A stretch of DNA of 63,818 bases, counting the filler, from Reclinomonas americana ATCC 50394 (lineage: Eukaryota), in NCBI GenBank assembly GCA_048213135.1. It is 13 parts of 13 records of this genome, joined end to end, with 100 filler letters (N's around TTAATTAATTAA, not from the genome) between each part and the next. Parts side by side here need not be neighbours in the genome. Positions count along the whole stretch, not along the records: positions 1 to 4,114 come from AFZH01020305.1; positions 4,215 to 6,280 come from AFZH01020306.1; positions 6,381 to 8,539 come from AFZH01020307.1; positions 8,640 to 11,168 come from AFZH01020308.1; positions 11,269 to 20,030 come from AFZH01020309.1; 8 more parts are not named here. One strand, written 5' to 3'. The translations under genes were made by a program, and so were the position numbers. The notes under the pieces are model-generated. The model did not search any database, was not told the DNA's origin, and worked only from the letters and a program-made list of their open reading frames with translations. Below, one piece after another: positions 1-15,100 of the stretch; the first letter of the stretch is position 1; each line of letters opens with the position of its first letter.

Positions 1-189
1 ACAACACACACACACTTACTCTCTCACACTCTCTCACACTTACTCTCTCACACACTCTCTCTCACACACATACACTCACTCACTCACTCACTCACACAGA
101 GAGAAACTGTCGGAAAAACTTCACACTTTCTCTCTCTCCTCACTCTCTCTTCCTCTCTCTCTCTCTCTGCATGTGTGCATATGTGTGTG

Positions 190-221
<32 letters not shown>

Positions 222-280
222 TCACACTCCCTCTCTCTCTCTCTTCTCTTTTCCTCTTTCTCTCTCTCTCCTCTCCCTCT
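1..280. repeat. (CA)n/(CT)n microsatellite tract, probably intronic
   Basis: Directly visible dinucleotide runs, following a GTGAG donor on the minus strand at 283. Confidence 0.9.
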
Positions 281-283
281 CAC

Positions 284-401
284 CAGTGAGGTACACTTGC
301 TGAGTGGCACCCATTGCGCGTTGCACAATACCCATCGACGCCCATGAGGAAAGGCAAAAGAGGAGAAGAAGAGCGGCGATGAGCGCGCGAAAACGCTGCA
401 T
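284..401 (-). CDS. First exon of a predicted secreted protein (rest outside window)
   Basis: ATG at 401 gives MQRFRALIAALLLLFCLSSWASMG..., which looks like a signal peptide; the exon ends at a G|gtgag donor. Confidence 0.55.
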
Positions 402-475
402 GATTGATTGTTTGTTCGGGTTTCTGATTGGTCCTGTGGAAGTTGAGAGATGCTCGTGTTGATAAGGCAACAACA

Positions 476-1600
476 AATTCATTCACCAACAAACAAGCAA
501 CAGCTGTCTTGATGACCTTGGTAGAGAGAAGGAGCTGTGCTGGCAATGGGAAAACACGGGATTCGAACAGTGTCGGATATCGATATCGATCGCGAGGTCT
601 GTTTGCTTTTGCAACAACAAGAACAACAACAACTTTATTAACCCAAACAGCAACACACCTGCATGATGATCACCATCTTGAGTAAGCACCGGAAACTCAG
701 ACATCACGAAAAATAAGCGAGAAAAAGTCGAGATGGCTAATGCTGGCGTTTCTGCAAGAGAAACCGCGGCTCGTGACAAGCATGGATTTGACGCCGAATT
801 CCACAAAGGAAACGAGAAAGATAGCAAGTTGATTGGGTTAGTGGTGTAGAGAAGGAGCTGTGCTGGCAATGGGAAAACACGGGATTCGAACAGTTATCGA
901 TATCGATGTCGATGAGCTCGCAGCGAGGAGGAGGAACGGTGATCTGCTTCAGGCGAGCACGCCACCGCAAGTGTGCACAGTCCACTGTTCGACCTTGCTC
1001 CTGTCGACTTGTCAGCGCGCTCATTACAGACAACTTGTCACTTGCGATGAGAGGTCTTCGCATCCAAACACTATGAGAAGGAGAATGATCTGCTCCAGGC
1101 GATCACGCCATCGCAAGCGTGTCTATCCACTGTTTAACTTCGTTCCTTTCAACTTATCAGAGAAAGAACTTGCTACCAGGACCTAATGGCGAGAGGGAGA
1201 AAGGGTGATCTGCGTCAGACGTACACCATCGCAAGCGTCTCCAAACTACTGTCTTAAATCGCTCCTACCGACTTTTCGGCGCTGTGACAACAAACTCTTC
1301 TGACAACTTCTTACTTGCGATGACAGCCACCATTAGAAGAGAAAGATCTGCGTCAGGGTGCTCGAGCTCACTATCTGAGAACGAACTTCTCCCTCACGTT
1401 CTAGTCCACACAAAGACACGGGGCTGGAGAAAGAGTATGCGCCACACCTCCGCAAGTGCGTCTGATCCACTGCTCAACCTCGAGGTCGCTGTTTCCCACC
1501 TGTCTGCTGCTGTCAACTTCTCACTCGCGCCGAGAAGAACACATAGAAGCAGCGCACTCCACCGCGAGCGTGTCCAATCCATCGCTGAGAACGACCTTGT
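476..1600. repeat. Composite repeat region: dispersed 42-nt element, 47-nt direct repeat, degenerate ~120-145-nt tandem units
   Basis: 476-517 is the exact reverse complement of 62794-62835; 525-571 equals 848-894; GATCTGC...CGCAAG...ACTGT units recur near 940, 1087 and 1207, with more degenerate ones near 1345-1560. Confidence 0.75.
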
Positions 1601-1700
1601 TCCAACTGTCACGAACCGCGAGTTAATTATCCAAGCAACTGCTGCTGATACACGAGCCAAGCGGGATTCCGTGACAAAATGCCATCCTTCAATGACTGTG

Positions 1701-3968
1701 TCATGACTCCCGCATGGCCGACGCGCCCTGCGCCTCCGCACGTTGCCGCAGCGACTGAATGAACGTGTACAGGAAGCGTGCGAGTCCGTCGAGTCCGTTC
1801 TGCCGCAGGTGCTCGGCCAGCGCGGTGCGTGAGTCGCGGCGGTCCTGCGCATCAACACAATCAGTTGTTGAAGGGAGATAGGCACAAGAGCACATGGAAT
1901 AGCTGCTGCTTTCACAGACACAACAAATGTGTCTCACACGATCATCGAACACAGCATTATCTATCAGTTCGACACTGCCTCCCCGCGCATGTGCAGTCAA
2001 CAACAAATAAGAGAGAGACAACAAACACGCTCTCCCTCCACCGCTCTGGCGCGCACCTAATAGCAAACTCGCGAACGGTTACACACCCAACCAAAGATAC
2101 TTACAGTACGGCACTATACCAAGAGGAGCAGAATTCTGACGACACAGACACAAACACAAACATTGTCGTCTACACAAAGTAGTGCACACACCCAACCCTG
2201 GAAACCAAAAACTCGACAGTCTTTCCACGTAAGCAGAGTAACTCAACTAGAAGCAGATAACACTGACACGCTCGCACCCCTTGCCCTCCGGCGCACCCAA
2301 ATACGTATCCGCGAAACAAACACACACACACACGCACCAGCTCAAAAACAGACAGCTTGACACTTCCTTCCCATGCAAGCATAGTCACGAACAAAAAGAA
2401 ATACTCTGGCCTACTCTTTCCCCTCGCCCCAGACACGAAGCTTTGGCATCGCCGTTCACAAGCACTTAGAGACACACCAACTCAGCCCCAGATACAAACA
2501 GTTAGACACTGCCTTCCTTAAACCCCGGCAAGCTCACCCTCCCTCACCTTCGCGCACCAAACACAGATAAACAGCAAATACCTACAGTACATGGCGTTTC
2601 TCCACCTCTCCACCCCTTTTCCCCCTTCCTCCCCCTTCCCCCCTCCCTCCTTCCCCTTCCCCCCTCTCCCCCTCCCACACACTCACCAACAACTGCGTCG
2701 CCGGCACACCACACCTCTCGCTCAGTTCGCGCACCAGACCCGCGAGTGCCGGCGCCATCGCGGCACTGAACAGCGCATCTGCCGGTGCAGCGTCTGGCGG
2801 CAGCGTAACCTCCTGTGCACTCACGCAAAGCACATTGAGTCCCCTTACCCACCACCCTCATCGAAATCATCCGCTCTCACCTCGCCCACTCTGCCCGCCA
2901 CCTCGGCAAACATCGACGGATGGCCGGTGGCGGCCACCGACGACGCCTCGCGGAACGGTCGAGTGCGCCACAGCGCGTTGGAAAAGTCGAGAATGACACT
3001 GTTGAGCACGCTCATCAAGTCGGTGCCGCGATCGGCGGCACTGTGCAGCACGGGTGCGGCGCCGCTGTTCACCGACTCGAACTCGTTCTTTAGGCTGTGC
3101 ACGCGCGCATGAGAAGATCGATAAACGGAAGAAGGTTGAACAGGCAGTGCAACTTGGCCACGATGCCACCCATGCGAGAGAGACCCGCGGCGGTGGGTGA
3201 CAGCAGGCAGCGGTGCATCAGCGCCACAGGTGGGATGCGCATCATGGGCAGGTGATGCTGTTGTGACATCATGCTCACCTGCAGAGAGAGAAGCATGACG
3301 GACGGGCTCGCAACTTCTCCTTTCCCACACCAAGACTTACCATCTCATGATGATGCAACAGCGCATCCTCCAACACGAGTGCATCCTGATGCGCCTCCAT
3401 GCCCACCATCGCCACACGGTCGATCCACGCCACCATCTCGGAAATCACCATGCCGTAGTCCACGGCCACAGAAATGCCGGCGAAACGGTACGGCCCGTTC
3501 CACACAATCTTTTCGGCGTTGCTGACCTTGCCTGCGTCGCGAAGCAAAGTGAGTCGTCACACGAGACGTCAAGGGAAAGGAGGAGACGAACGCACCAGAA
3601 GCAGCGAGGGCCTCGACAAACTCTTGGAAATCGCTCCAGTCAATGTGCAACCAGCGGCGAACCAACGAGCGCAGCGTGTGCAACACGGCGGCCTGTGCCA
3701 TATACAAGTGAGACAAAGGGAGACAAGTGGTCCCGCACCCGTCCAAGCCCGCACCTTCTTCTCCGCCGACAGCATGAAAAACACGGACCGCAGCGGGTCG
3801 AGAACCTTGGCGTGCACATCCTCAAACGCCGCCGGTCGGAGCATCGAAACCAGGGCGAGTATGGCGGAGAAATGCGAGTGGCCGCTCCACGATTGCGAGA
3901 GGAAGCGGAAGAGGAAGCGTTCGACGCTGGGGAGGAGCTCCTGTGAACCGGGAGGTGAGAAGGAGAGA

Positions 3969-4021
<53 letters not shown>

Positions 4022-6044
4022 CGTAAGAAACGAGAACGAAACGCGCGTACGGTCGTCGTCGTACGACGACGTAGGTACGGAACGGCCCGTCCGTCCGCCG
4101 TCGTCGTCCTTACCNNNNNNNNNNNNNNNNNNNNNNNNNNNNNNNNNNNNNNNNNNNNTTAATTAATTAANNNNNNNNNNNNNNNNNNNNNNNNNNNNNN
4201 NNNNNNNNNNNNNNGAAGAGAGGGGAAGGTGAAGGGGAGGTGAAAGGGGAACTGCTGTACCGTACATCCGCCTTGGCCGTACAGCAGGAGAGAGAGAGAA
4301 TGAAAGACCTGGAAAAACTGGCAAAAGCGCACGGTGCTGTCGAGCAGTGAAGCCGCCTCGCGCTGCTCCATTCGTCCTTCGGTAAGTTGCTCCAGCAGGC
4401 CGCCCAGGGTGTCGTCCAGTCGGATAGCAAAGGTCTCTGATGCAGGGGCGCGGAGTGAGCAAATAGGGAGAGGAGAAGGGAGAAGGAGGAAGGAGAAGGG
4501 GGAAGGAAAGGGGGAAGGAAAGGGGGAAGGAAAGGGGGAAGGAAGGGGGGAAGGAACAGAAGGAAGAGAAGGGGGAAAGAACAGGGGCAAGGAACGGGGG
4601 GAGGAAACAGGGGGATTGAATAGGGGGAAGGAACAGGGGAAGTAACAGGGGAAGTAACAGGGGGGAAGAGAAAGGGGAGAGGAAGGAGGAAGATGAAGGG
4701 GGAGAGGAAAAGGGAAGTGAAGGGGAGAGAGAAGCGGCCGAGGAAAAAAGGGAAAGGGAAAGGGGGGAAGGAAAAGGGGGGAAAGGGAGGTGAAGGGGGA
4801 GGGAAGGGAAGGAGGAAAGGCAGAAGGAGGTGAAGAAAATGAGGGAGGAGAAGGGGGAAGGAACAGGGGACAGGGGAGTCGTTTCTCGTTCCCCAACTCT
4901 CTCCTCTCTCTTCTCCCTCTTCCCTGACCTGGACTCGTCAGCGACAGCAAGTGCATCTGCATCCGGTTGCTCAGGTGCTCCGCCATGCTGTTTGGTACCT
5001 CGGTGTGCGCCAGGTTCTCGACCAGGGCGCGCACATCGGAGACCTCCAGAATCGAGGTGTAGTGCGAGGCTTGCCCCTGTGCGCCACACAGATGAGTTCC
5101 ATACGAAAGAGGAACATCTGTGCCTCTCGAAGTGGACGCACTCGGCTCGACTGAAACTGCACTTGCGGGAGGAGTGCGGCTGGGGACGGCGCAAGCACAC
5201 GTCGTCGCTTGTTCGGCGAGGCGCCGGGCACCGCCGCGGATGGAGTGGACGTCGTCGTAGTGGTAACCGCCGTGCTGGGTGGTTGTGGTCTGTTGACACG
5301 GAGGGCAAGTCGGCGTGACCAGGCGGCGTCAAAGTTCTGGTGCCGAGAAGTGAGTAAAGTAGAGGAAAGCACAGGAAGAGGGAGTGTGACAGAGGAGCGA
5401 AACTGCCAGCTGCGCGTCGGTCGCCGGCTTGGTGAGGGGCATGGTCACCGAGGGATCAAAAGTGCGGAATGTGGCCAGCAGTCGGGCAGCCACGGCGTCA
5501 CGGGTGCTGCAGCAAATGTCTTGCCTGAGGGGTGGATGTGAGGGGCGAGAAAAAGAAGGATTATGCAGCGCGAAGCACACACACGCAACAAGTGTTGCAC
5601 GCGCTGTCGCGTGACCGACGCACGTGTGGTGATGGGCAGCAGCACGCGGCACACAAACGGACTGCGCGTCTGCGTGTGAGACATCAACCGGGCAAGCTCA
5701 ACAACAATAGAGTTGCTCACCGCAGCGCCTCCGCATCCACCAGTTGGAACAGGAGGCCGTACATGCCGCGCAGTGCCGCGCGCGTCTCCTCCGACATGAC
5801 GGGGGATACGGCACACAGCCATTTGAGGGCGATTACTTGTGCACGGTGGCCCTTGCCGCGGGAAGCGTGGCTGGGGGAGATATGAGGGAAGGAGAGGGGG
5901 AGGGAGGGAGGGAGAAGGGCGACGCAACGCCAGCGATGAAAGGCGACCGGCCACCAGCAGCACGGATTCACGTTGTACGGCATCGGCGGGCACCGTGGCG
6001 CGCAGAATGTCTTCGAATTTGGTGAGCAGGTCTTTTTGTTGGTG
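1701..6044 (-). CDS. CENPI: Centromere protein I (CENP-I/Mis6), multi-exon, 5' end lost in gap
   Basis: Exon peptides match CENP-I blocks in order: LKWLCAV...MYGLLFQLVDAEALR-SPFVCRVLLPITTR..VQHLL; LVENLAHTEVPNSMAEHLSN; QELLPSVERFLFRFLSQSWSG...VLDPLRSVFF...VLHTLRSLVRRWL; C-terminal HLRQNGLDGLARFL. Confidence 0.8.
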
Positions 6045-6609
6045 CTGCGGCGAAGGGGGAGGGAAGGGGGAAGGGAATGGGGGAGGGGATGGGGTGAAGA
6101 GAAGGGGGATGAGAAGGGGTAGGAGAAGGGGAAGGAGAAGGAGGAAGACCGAAGGGGGAAGAGAAGGGGGAGAGAAGATGAGGGAGAGTATGAGGGAGAG
6201 TATGGAGGAAGAGTTAGGGGGAAGAGAAGGGGGAAGAGAAGGGGGAAGAGATGGGGAAGAGAAGGGGGAAGGTGAAGGGGNNNNNNNNNNNNNNNNNNNN
6301 NNNNNNNNNNNNNNNNNNNNNNNNTTAATTAATTAANNNNNNNNNNNNNNNNNNNNNNNNNNNNNNNNNNNNNNNNNNNNTCTCTCTCTCACTCGTTGTC
6401 ACCACCTCGACAACAACCCAATCAGCGTTTTTTCCTTTCTCTCTTTCCTCACCGTGTAGTTCCTCTCTCTCATGTGCGCGCGTCTCTCTCCATGTGTGTG
6501 TTCCTCTCTTCGATTCGGTCAAAATGTGTGTGATGCCATGAGAAGAAAAAGAAAAAAAGAACAAAAAAGACAAACGCGTTTTGTTTTTTTCAATGCCCGC
6601 TCTCTTCCC

Positions 6610-8498
6610 ACCCGAGGTAGATAGCCTCCTTGACAGCAATGTGCGCAATCGGCCGGTACAGCTGGCGATGTAGTTGCATGGTGTACTGCGACACGAGACG
6701 AGTGAGTTTCACCCAAGGCAAACGGCGATACAAACAAGGGGTTTACCTCGGGAATGGCGGGAGCATCACGCAATGCGGGAACGACCTTGTTGCGCAGGTA
6801 GGCAAAGGCCTGCAGTGGGCGACGCCGACTCCTCTGCTTATCGTCGTCACCGTCGGTGTCGCTGTCAAGTCGCACGGCCACTGCCTGGCGCGTGTAGTGG
6901 CCCTTGAATATGCCTTCGTATTCGTCGAGACCGGCCAGGGTCTCGTCGCTGACACGCCACACCTCGCCGCGCACGGGGTGGCAGGCGCTGCCGTCGCCGG
7001 CACCGTGGTCGCCCGGACGCAGGAGGTACGGCACGCCCGAGTCGCCAACGACCAGTGGCATGGGCACGAGTGTGGTGGCCGGACCGAGTCGGCGTGCGCC
7101 GCGGCTGAGGAATTTGGCGTTCCAGTGGAAGCCGCTCTTCAGTGTGCCGTACACGAACAGCAGGTGCGGATGCTCCGCGTCGTCTTCAACAACAGCGGCG
7201 GCTGCAGGTGCTGTTCTCGGCGGAGCGCACCACTGCCGCTTGCACCACCAGCCGACGCAGGCAATGGCGGCCAGTGTGCTGAGAAAATTGAGGGCCATCG
7301 AGAGCGGCCACTCCTTGAGGTAGAACACCACGACGACGTCGACGACAAAGAGCAGCACCGCGGCCGTCAGTGCCACAGTGACGCGACTCAGGGACGACCA
7401 CCAGCGGAGAGCGGCTTCGCCGAGGGGCACGGGTGGTGGGGGTGGTGGTCGCACGGCGGCCGGGTACCACTGCGCGTAGTGCGGCACGTCACCCTGCCAG
7501 CGCATCTCCCAGTTGACCTCCACCAGGTCGCCGAGGTGCGGGTGAAGCTTGTCGTTGAGGCGGAACTCGAACGGACCTGCGACGGCACAAGCAGGCCAAG
7601 CGTGAGTGGGTGATGGAGAAGGGTGGCATGACTACAGGGAGGCGCACCATTTTCCAGCTGTTTCCGGTCGTGCTCCCACCGGAAGAGCGCCGTGCCGGTG
7701 CAGGTGAGGAACGGACTGATCTCAATCAGCCGCGCCTTGCCACTGCGCGATGCGGGTGAGGAGATTGAGAGTCGTCCGCGCTGTGCTACTGCAAAAAAAA
7801 AACATACCTCGCTGGCAAGTAGGCAAAGTCGACAATGTAGGAGTCGACGCCCACGTGCGGGTGCACCAGACGCCACTCCTCCATGATGCACTCCTGTATC
7901 CGCTCCTTTAGTGGCACCAGGTGCGGGTACACGGCGTAGTGGTCGTACTGCAGAGAGAGCGAGTGGGAGTCGATCAGCCGCAAAGACAGGGCATGAGACA
8001 CACGTTGCTCATACCCACCTGCGACATGGCGGTGACCTGCCCTCGCGACACAAACACGCGGAACTCGTAATCCAGCGTCATGTCCTCCTCCCAACACCGA
8101 AACACCAGCTGCTCCGGCTCGCCATACTCTAGCCAGTCGCGCAAATCCGTAAACACTCGCTCGCTGGTCAACAGCAACGCCATGGCCGCGGCACCGGAGC
8201 TCACTCGCAAGTAGCGCACTTGCGACACGGCCTGCAGCTTGACATTGGCCGGCAATGCCCTGTACTCTGCCCTGTCCATGTCACAGCTGTCGTCGTCACC
8301 TCCCTCGACCACTTCCGGCAGCGACAGCCCTTGCGCGGCGCACACTTGTCGCAGAGCGCGCACGTACTGCCGTCGCACATCATCGCGATCCAGCGGATCC
8401 GCGTCCTTCGGCGATCGCCCGCACAGTCGCATGAATGCTCCACTGGCCAGCCGCTCATCGCCTCGCAGCAGCACGTCGATCGTTGACTCCAAGTTCTG
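6610..8498 (-). CDS. CDC123-like (R2K) ATP-grasp domain + two TM helices + gamma-glutamylcyclotransferase (GGACT/AIG2-like) domain; multi-exon, 5' end in gap, 3' end approximate
   Basis: ATP-grasp motifs FMRLCGRSPKD, LLLTSERV, EFRVFV..GQVTAMSQY, SYIVDF, LIEISPF..TGTALFRW; GGCT motifs LFVYGTLK, VRGEVWRV, LDEYEG; the halves join in frame via a phase-1 GT-AG intron at 7577-7647. Confidence 0.8.
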
Positions 8499-8639
8499 CA
8501 ACGCGACAAGGTCATTTGACGTGACTTGACTGATTCAAANNNNNNNNNNNNNNNNNNNNNNNNNNNNNNNNNNNNNNNNNNNNTTAATTAATTAANNNNN
8601 NNNNNNNNNNNNNNNNNNNNNNNNNNNNNNNNNNNNNNN

Positions 8640-12025
<3,386 letters not shown>

Positions 12026-12119
12026 TCTTCTTCTCTCTGCTTCACGCCTGTCAATGCAATCGATGTCGACTACGCGATTTGTCCTGCAAGGGCACGATCG
12101 ATCGACTTCGCCTTTGTTT

Positions 12120-15100
12120 TTACTCTGTTGAGTCGTCGTCGTCGGTGAATGCATGTGTCGCGGCGGCGCGCTGGAGGATGCGATCGCGCAGTGTGTCGCG
12201 CAGGCTTCGCTGTGGTGGCTGTTGTTGTTGTTGTGGCGACGCGGGCGATCGTTGCGGTGGAGGCACTCGGCGGCCCCAGCCTTGTGGCGACGTCGGTGGC
12301 ATGGTGCGCATGGCGATGGGATCGCCGCTGCTGCCGGCGGCGGCGGTGAGCGTCGTGGCGTTGCGAGCGAGAGGCAGCTCGCTAGGTAGTTGCACCGGTG
12401 GGAGCGGCAGTGCGGCGGCGGCGGCGGCGGCATTCACGGCGTTGGGGTGTGTGCCGCGGTTGCGTTCCTGTTGCAGGCGAGCGTGTTGGAGGCGCTGTCG
12501 GAAGTTCAGCAACACCTGCTCGCGGCGCTCCGGCGACAGCTGGCTCACTGTGGGCGATGCGGTCGATGGTCGCACAGGCGAGGGACTGGCAGAGATTGGA
12601 GAAAAGGCGCTGGAGGGGCGGAGAGAGAATTGTGGCGGCTGCGGTGGCTCGGGTCTCTGCAGTCGCGGTTGCCGCAGTCCGGGCGGTTGCAGATCGGCGA
12701 GTGGTGCGGGTGGCTGCAGAGGAGCAAACGGCGACGCGTGTGCCAGCAACGAGGCACCCGACGACGAAGACGACGAAGTCGGTGGTGTGCCACGCGCCGC
12801 CGCCGCCGACTGTCGGAGCAGCTGCGCAGCGTCGCCGGTGCTTGGCGGTCGATACACAAAGGCCAGTGTTTTGGCCTGCGAAGAGATGCACAAGGTCAGT
12901 CGAGATGGTCATTCACATACACATTCCACACTGTCGTGAACAGCATCACCTCCAGCGGCAGTCGTGGTGAGAGACGGCCGAATCGACCGGCGGGAAGCGG
13001 TGGTACCACAGGCGACTCGGGGAGCGACGGAAGCACTCGCAAGTGGTACGGCAACTCCGCAGCTGATGACAGCGGAGGAGTCGTCGCGCGGCTGCTCCGC
13101 CCGCTGCCGCCAGTGCTCTGGTCCGCCGGCAAGCGCATAATGTTGACTGTCGTAGGCACGAGCGCGTGAGTGAGACGACCACACAAAGTAACAAAAGAAA
13201 GACAACACACGCAACGAGTCTCCTCCAGTCCAGGGCGTGGCTCTGTGGCCGCGACTTGTCGTAACGACTGCGACGCACGCAGAAGTGGCTCTGCCGTCGA
13301 ATTCTGCGAATGCATTTGAGTATTCACAGCGGGCGACGTAATAACCACCACACACAACGCACTTGGTGCACACTCCGGTAGCGTCGCAACTCGGGCTGCA
13401 GCGTGGGTTGCGCCGAAGAGTCGGCACCAAACTTCACCGCCGACATGGTCGATGGCAGGTACAAGGCGCTCGACGAGGCCAACTCTGCGCGCGCCGAAGT
13501 GAGGGAATGAAGTGAAGAGCCGCAATACGAAACTTTCACAGGCGAATGCACAAACCGACACCGCGAATCTGGTTGCGCAGACGATCGAGGCACCAGAAGA
13601 GCGAATTGAGGCGAGTGATGGTGCCCTCGAACAGGTCGCGCTCGTCGTCACTGCACGAGCACACATCAGTCAGCAAGCAACGAATACCGCCGCTTCCTCG
13701 CCGAGGGCCGACGCAACAACATGTGGCGATGCAGGATGCCCTGGATGGTGGAGAAGAGAACAGTCGAGTACGAGAACACCACCGGCACGTGTTTGCTGTC
13801 GAGTGTGGGTCTCTCGTCTTCCTCGATGCGCATGTACTCGAGCACTGGAATCTGTCCGTGCAAGACGCGGCGGAAGGCAACCGTGGGCGGCAGGGTGCGA
13901 CCCTCCGCCACCACGATCTTGCCGTTGAGCTGGAAATCCTGCACCGGATCAAGCGGGTCCTGCAGTTGCACGCCAAATGTGAGCGACACACAACAATGTC
14001 ACACAGCCAGCCACACTTGGGACTCACCGGCGGTGGTTCTGGAACCGAGGTGTGATGTCCTTCGATGAGAATGTTGCCACGAATGTAGTAACGCGCGGCG
14101 GTCAGTACGGGCACATCGACTGCGTTGGGCACTGTCCGCTTGAGGAACTCATTCGTGTCGCGCAACAACGGGTCGATGGACGACGCCATGATGAAACCGC
14201 AGCCAGAGGGATCGTACTTGCGCCACAGCAGCTTGAAACTGAAGCGCGGTGAGTAGTGGAAGGGATGCGCACATCTACAAGCATCGCCAACTCAACTCCT
14301 CAAACATGAGTTTCGCGAGTACGTTGCACGTTCGTGAACTCAGCCACTGGAATTGCTCCAGGAGGGCGCCGACAAACAGGGCAATGACTAGCGAGGCGGC
14401 AAAGACGCGGAATGTGACAAAGTACAAGCTGGCAAACAGCGATCCGCAGTCGTTGGTGCCGTCGGGGTAGTAGGTGCACGCCGGAGCATGGATGGCGCAG
14501 TCTGCGTGGCGGGCGGTGTGAGTAACAGTTAGCCAAACAGAAGAAGGGGGCACGGGGTGGCGTACCTGACATGAGGTTCTCCCAGTCTTCGCCCGTCGAC
14601 ACGCGAATCAGCAGCAGCACAGCGTTGGTGAATGTCTGGAAGTTGACTTGCCGCATCACGTGCGTGCCGTAGCGCGTCGAGCCGCACATCTCCATCCCCA
14701 TCACAGCGTACAAGAAGAAGACAACAACGAGAAGCATGAGCACTTCGCCGATCGAGGCCAGACTGGCCCTGTGTTCAAACAAAAACACAACGGGTATTTG
14801 AGTTGACTTTGTCAGCAACGACACAGTCTCCACATTCACATTAACACCAACCAGGTGGCCTTCAGCAGAATCTTGAGCCACTGGAAGCGCTCAAGGAGGC
14901 GGAGCAGGCGAAGGAAGTTTGTGACGCGATACAGTTGCAACCCTGCATCAAAGAGTGTCACCAACAATGTATGCAGAGAAAGCAGCGTTGGAAAAACAAG
15001 TCATGAGTTACCTGCCAGGGCAGTGCCGACCCACTCGAAATGCGCCCACTGCATTCCGAGTGCCACCCAACTCGTGACCAGGACGACAAAGGCGAAAAGG

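Noticed and set aside
540..600. Possible tRNA gene from GTTCGAATCCC on the minus strand
   Set aside because: No pairing T-stem, acceptor stem or cloverleaf is visible.
4115..4214. N-run/TTAATTAATTAA/N-run motif recurring through the window, superficially like a regularly repeated element
   Set aside because: Artificial scaffold gap spacer with stops in all frames; always flanked by Ns.
4159..5332. Pro/Phe/Ser-rich long ORFs
   Set aside because: Read-through of a polypyrimidine intron within CENP-I.
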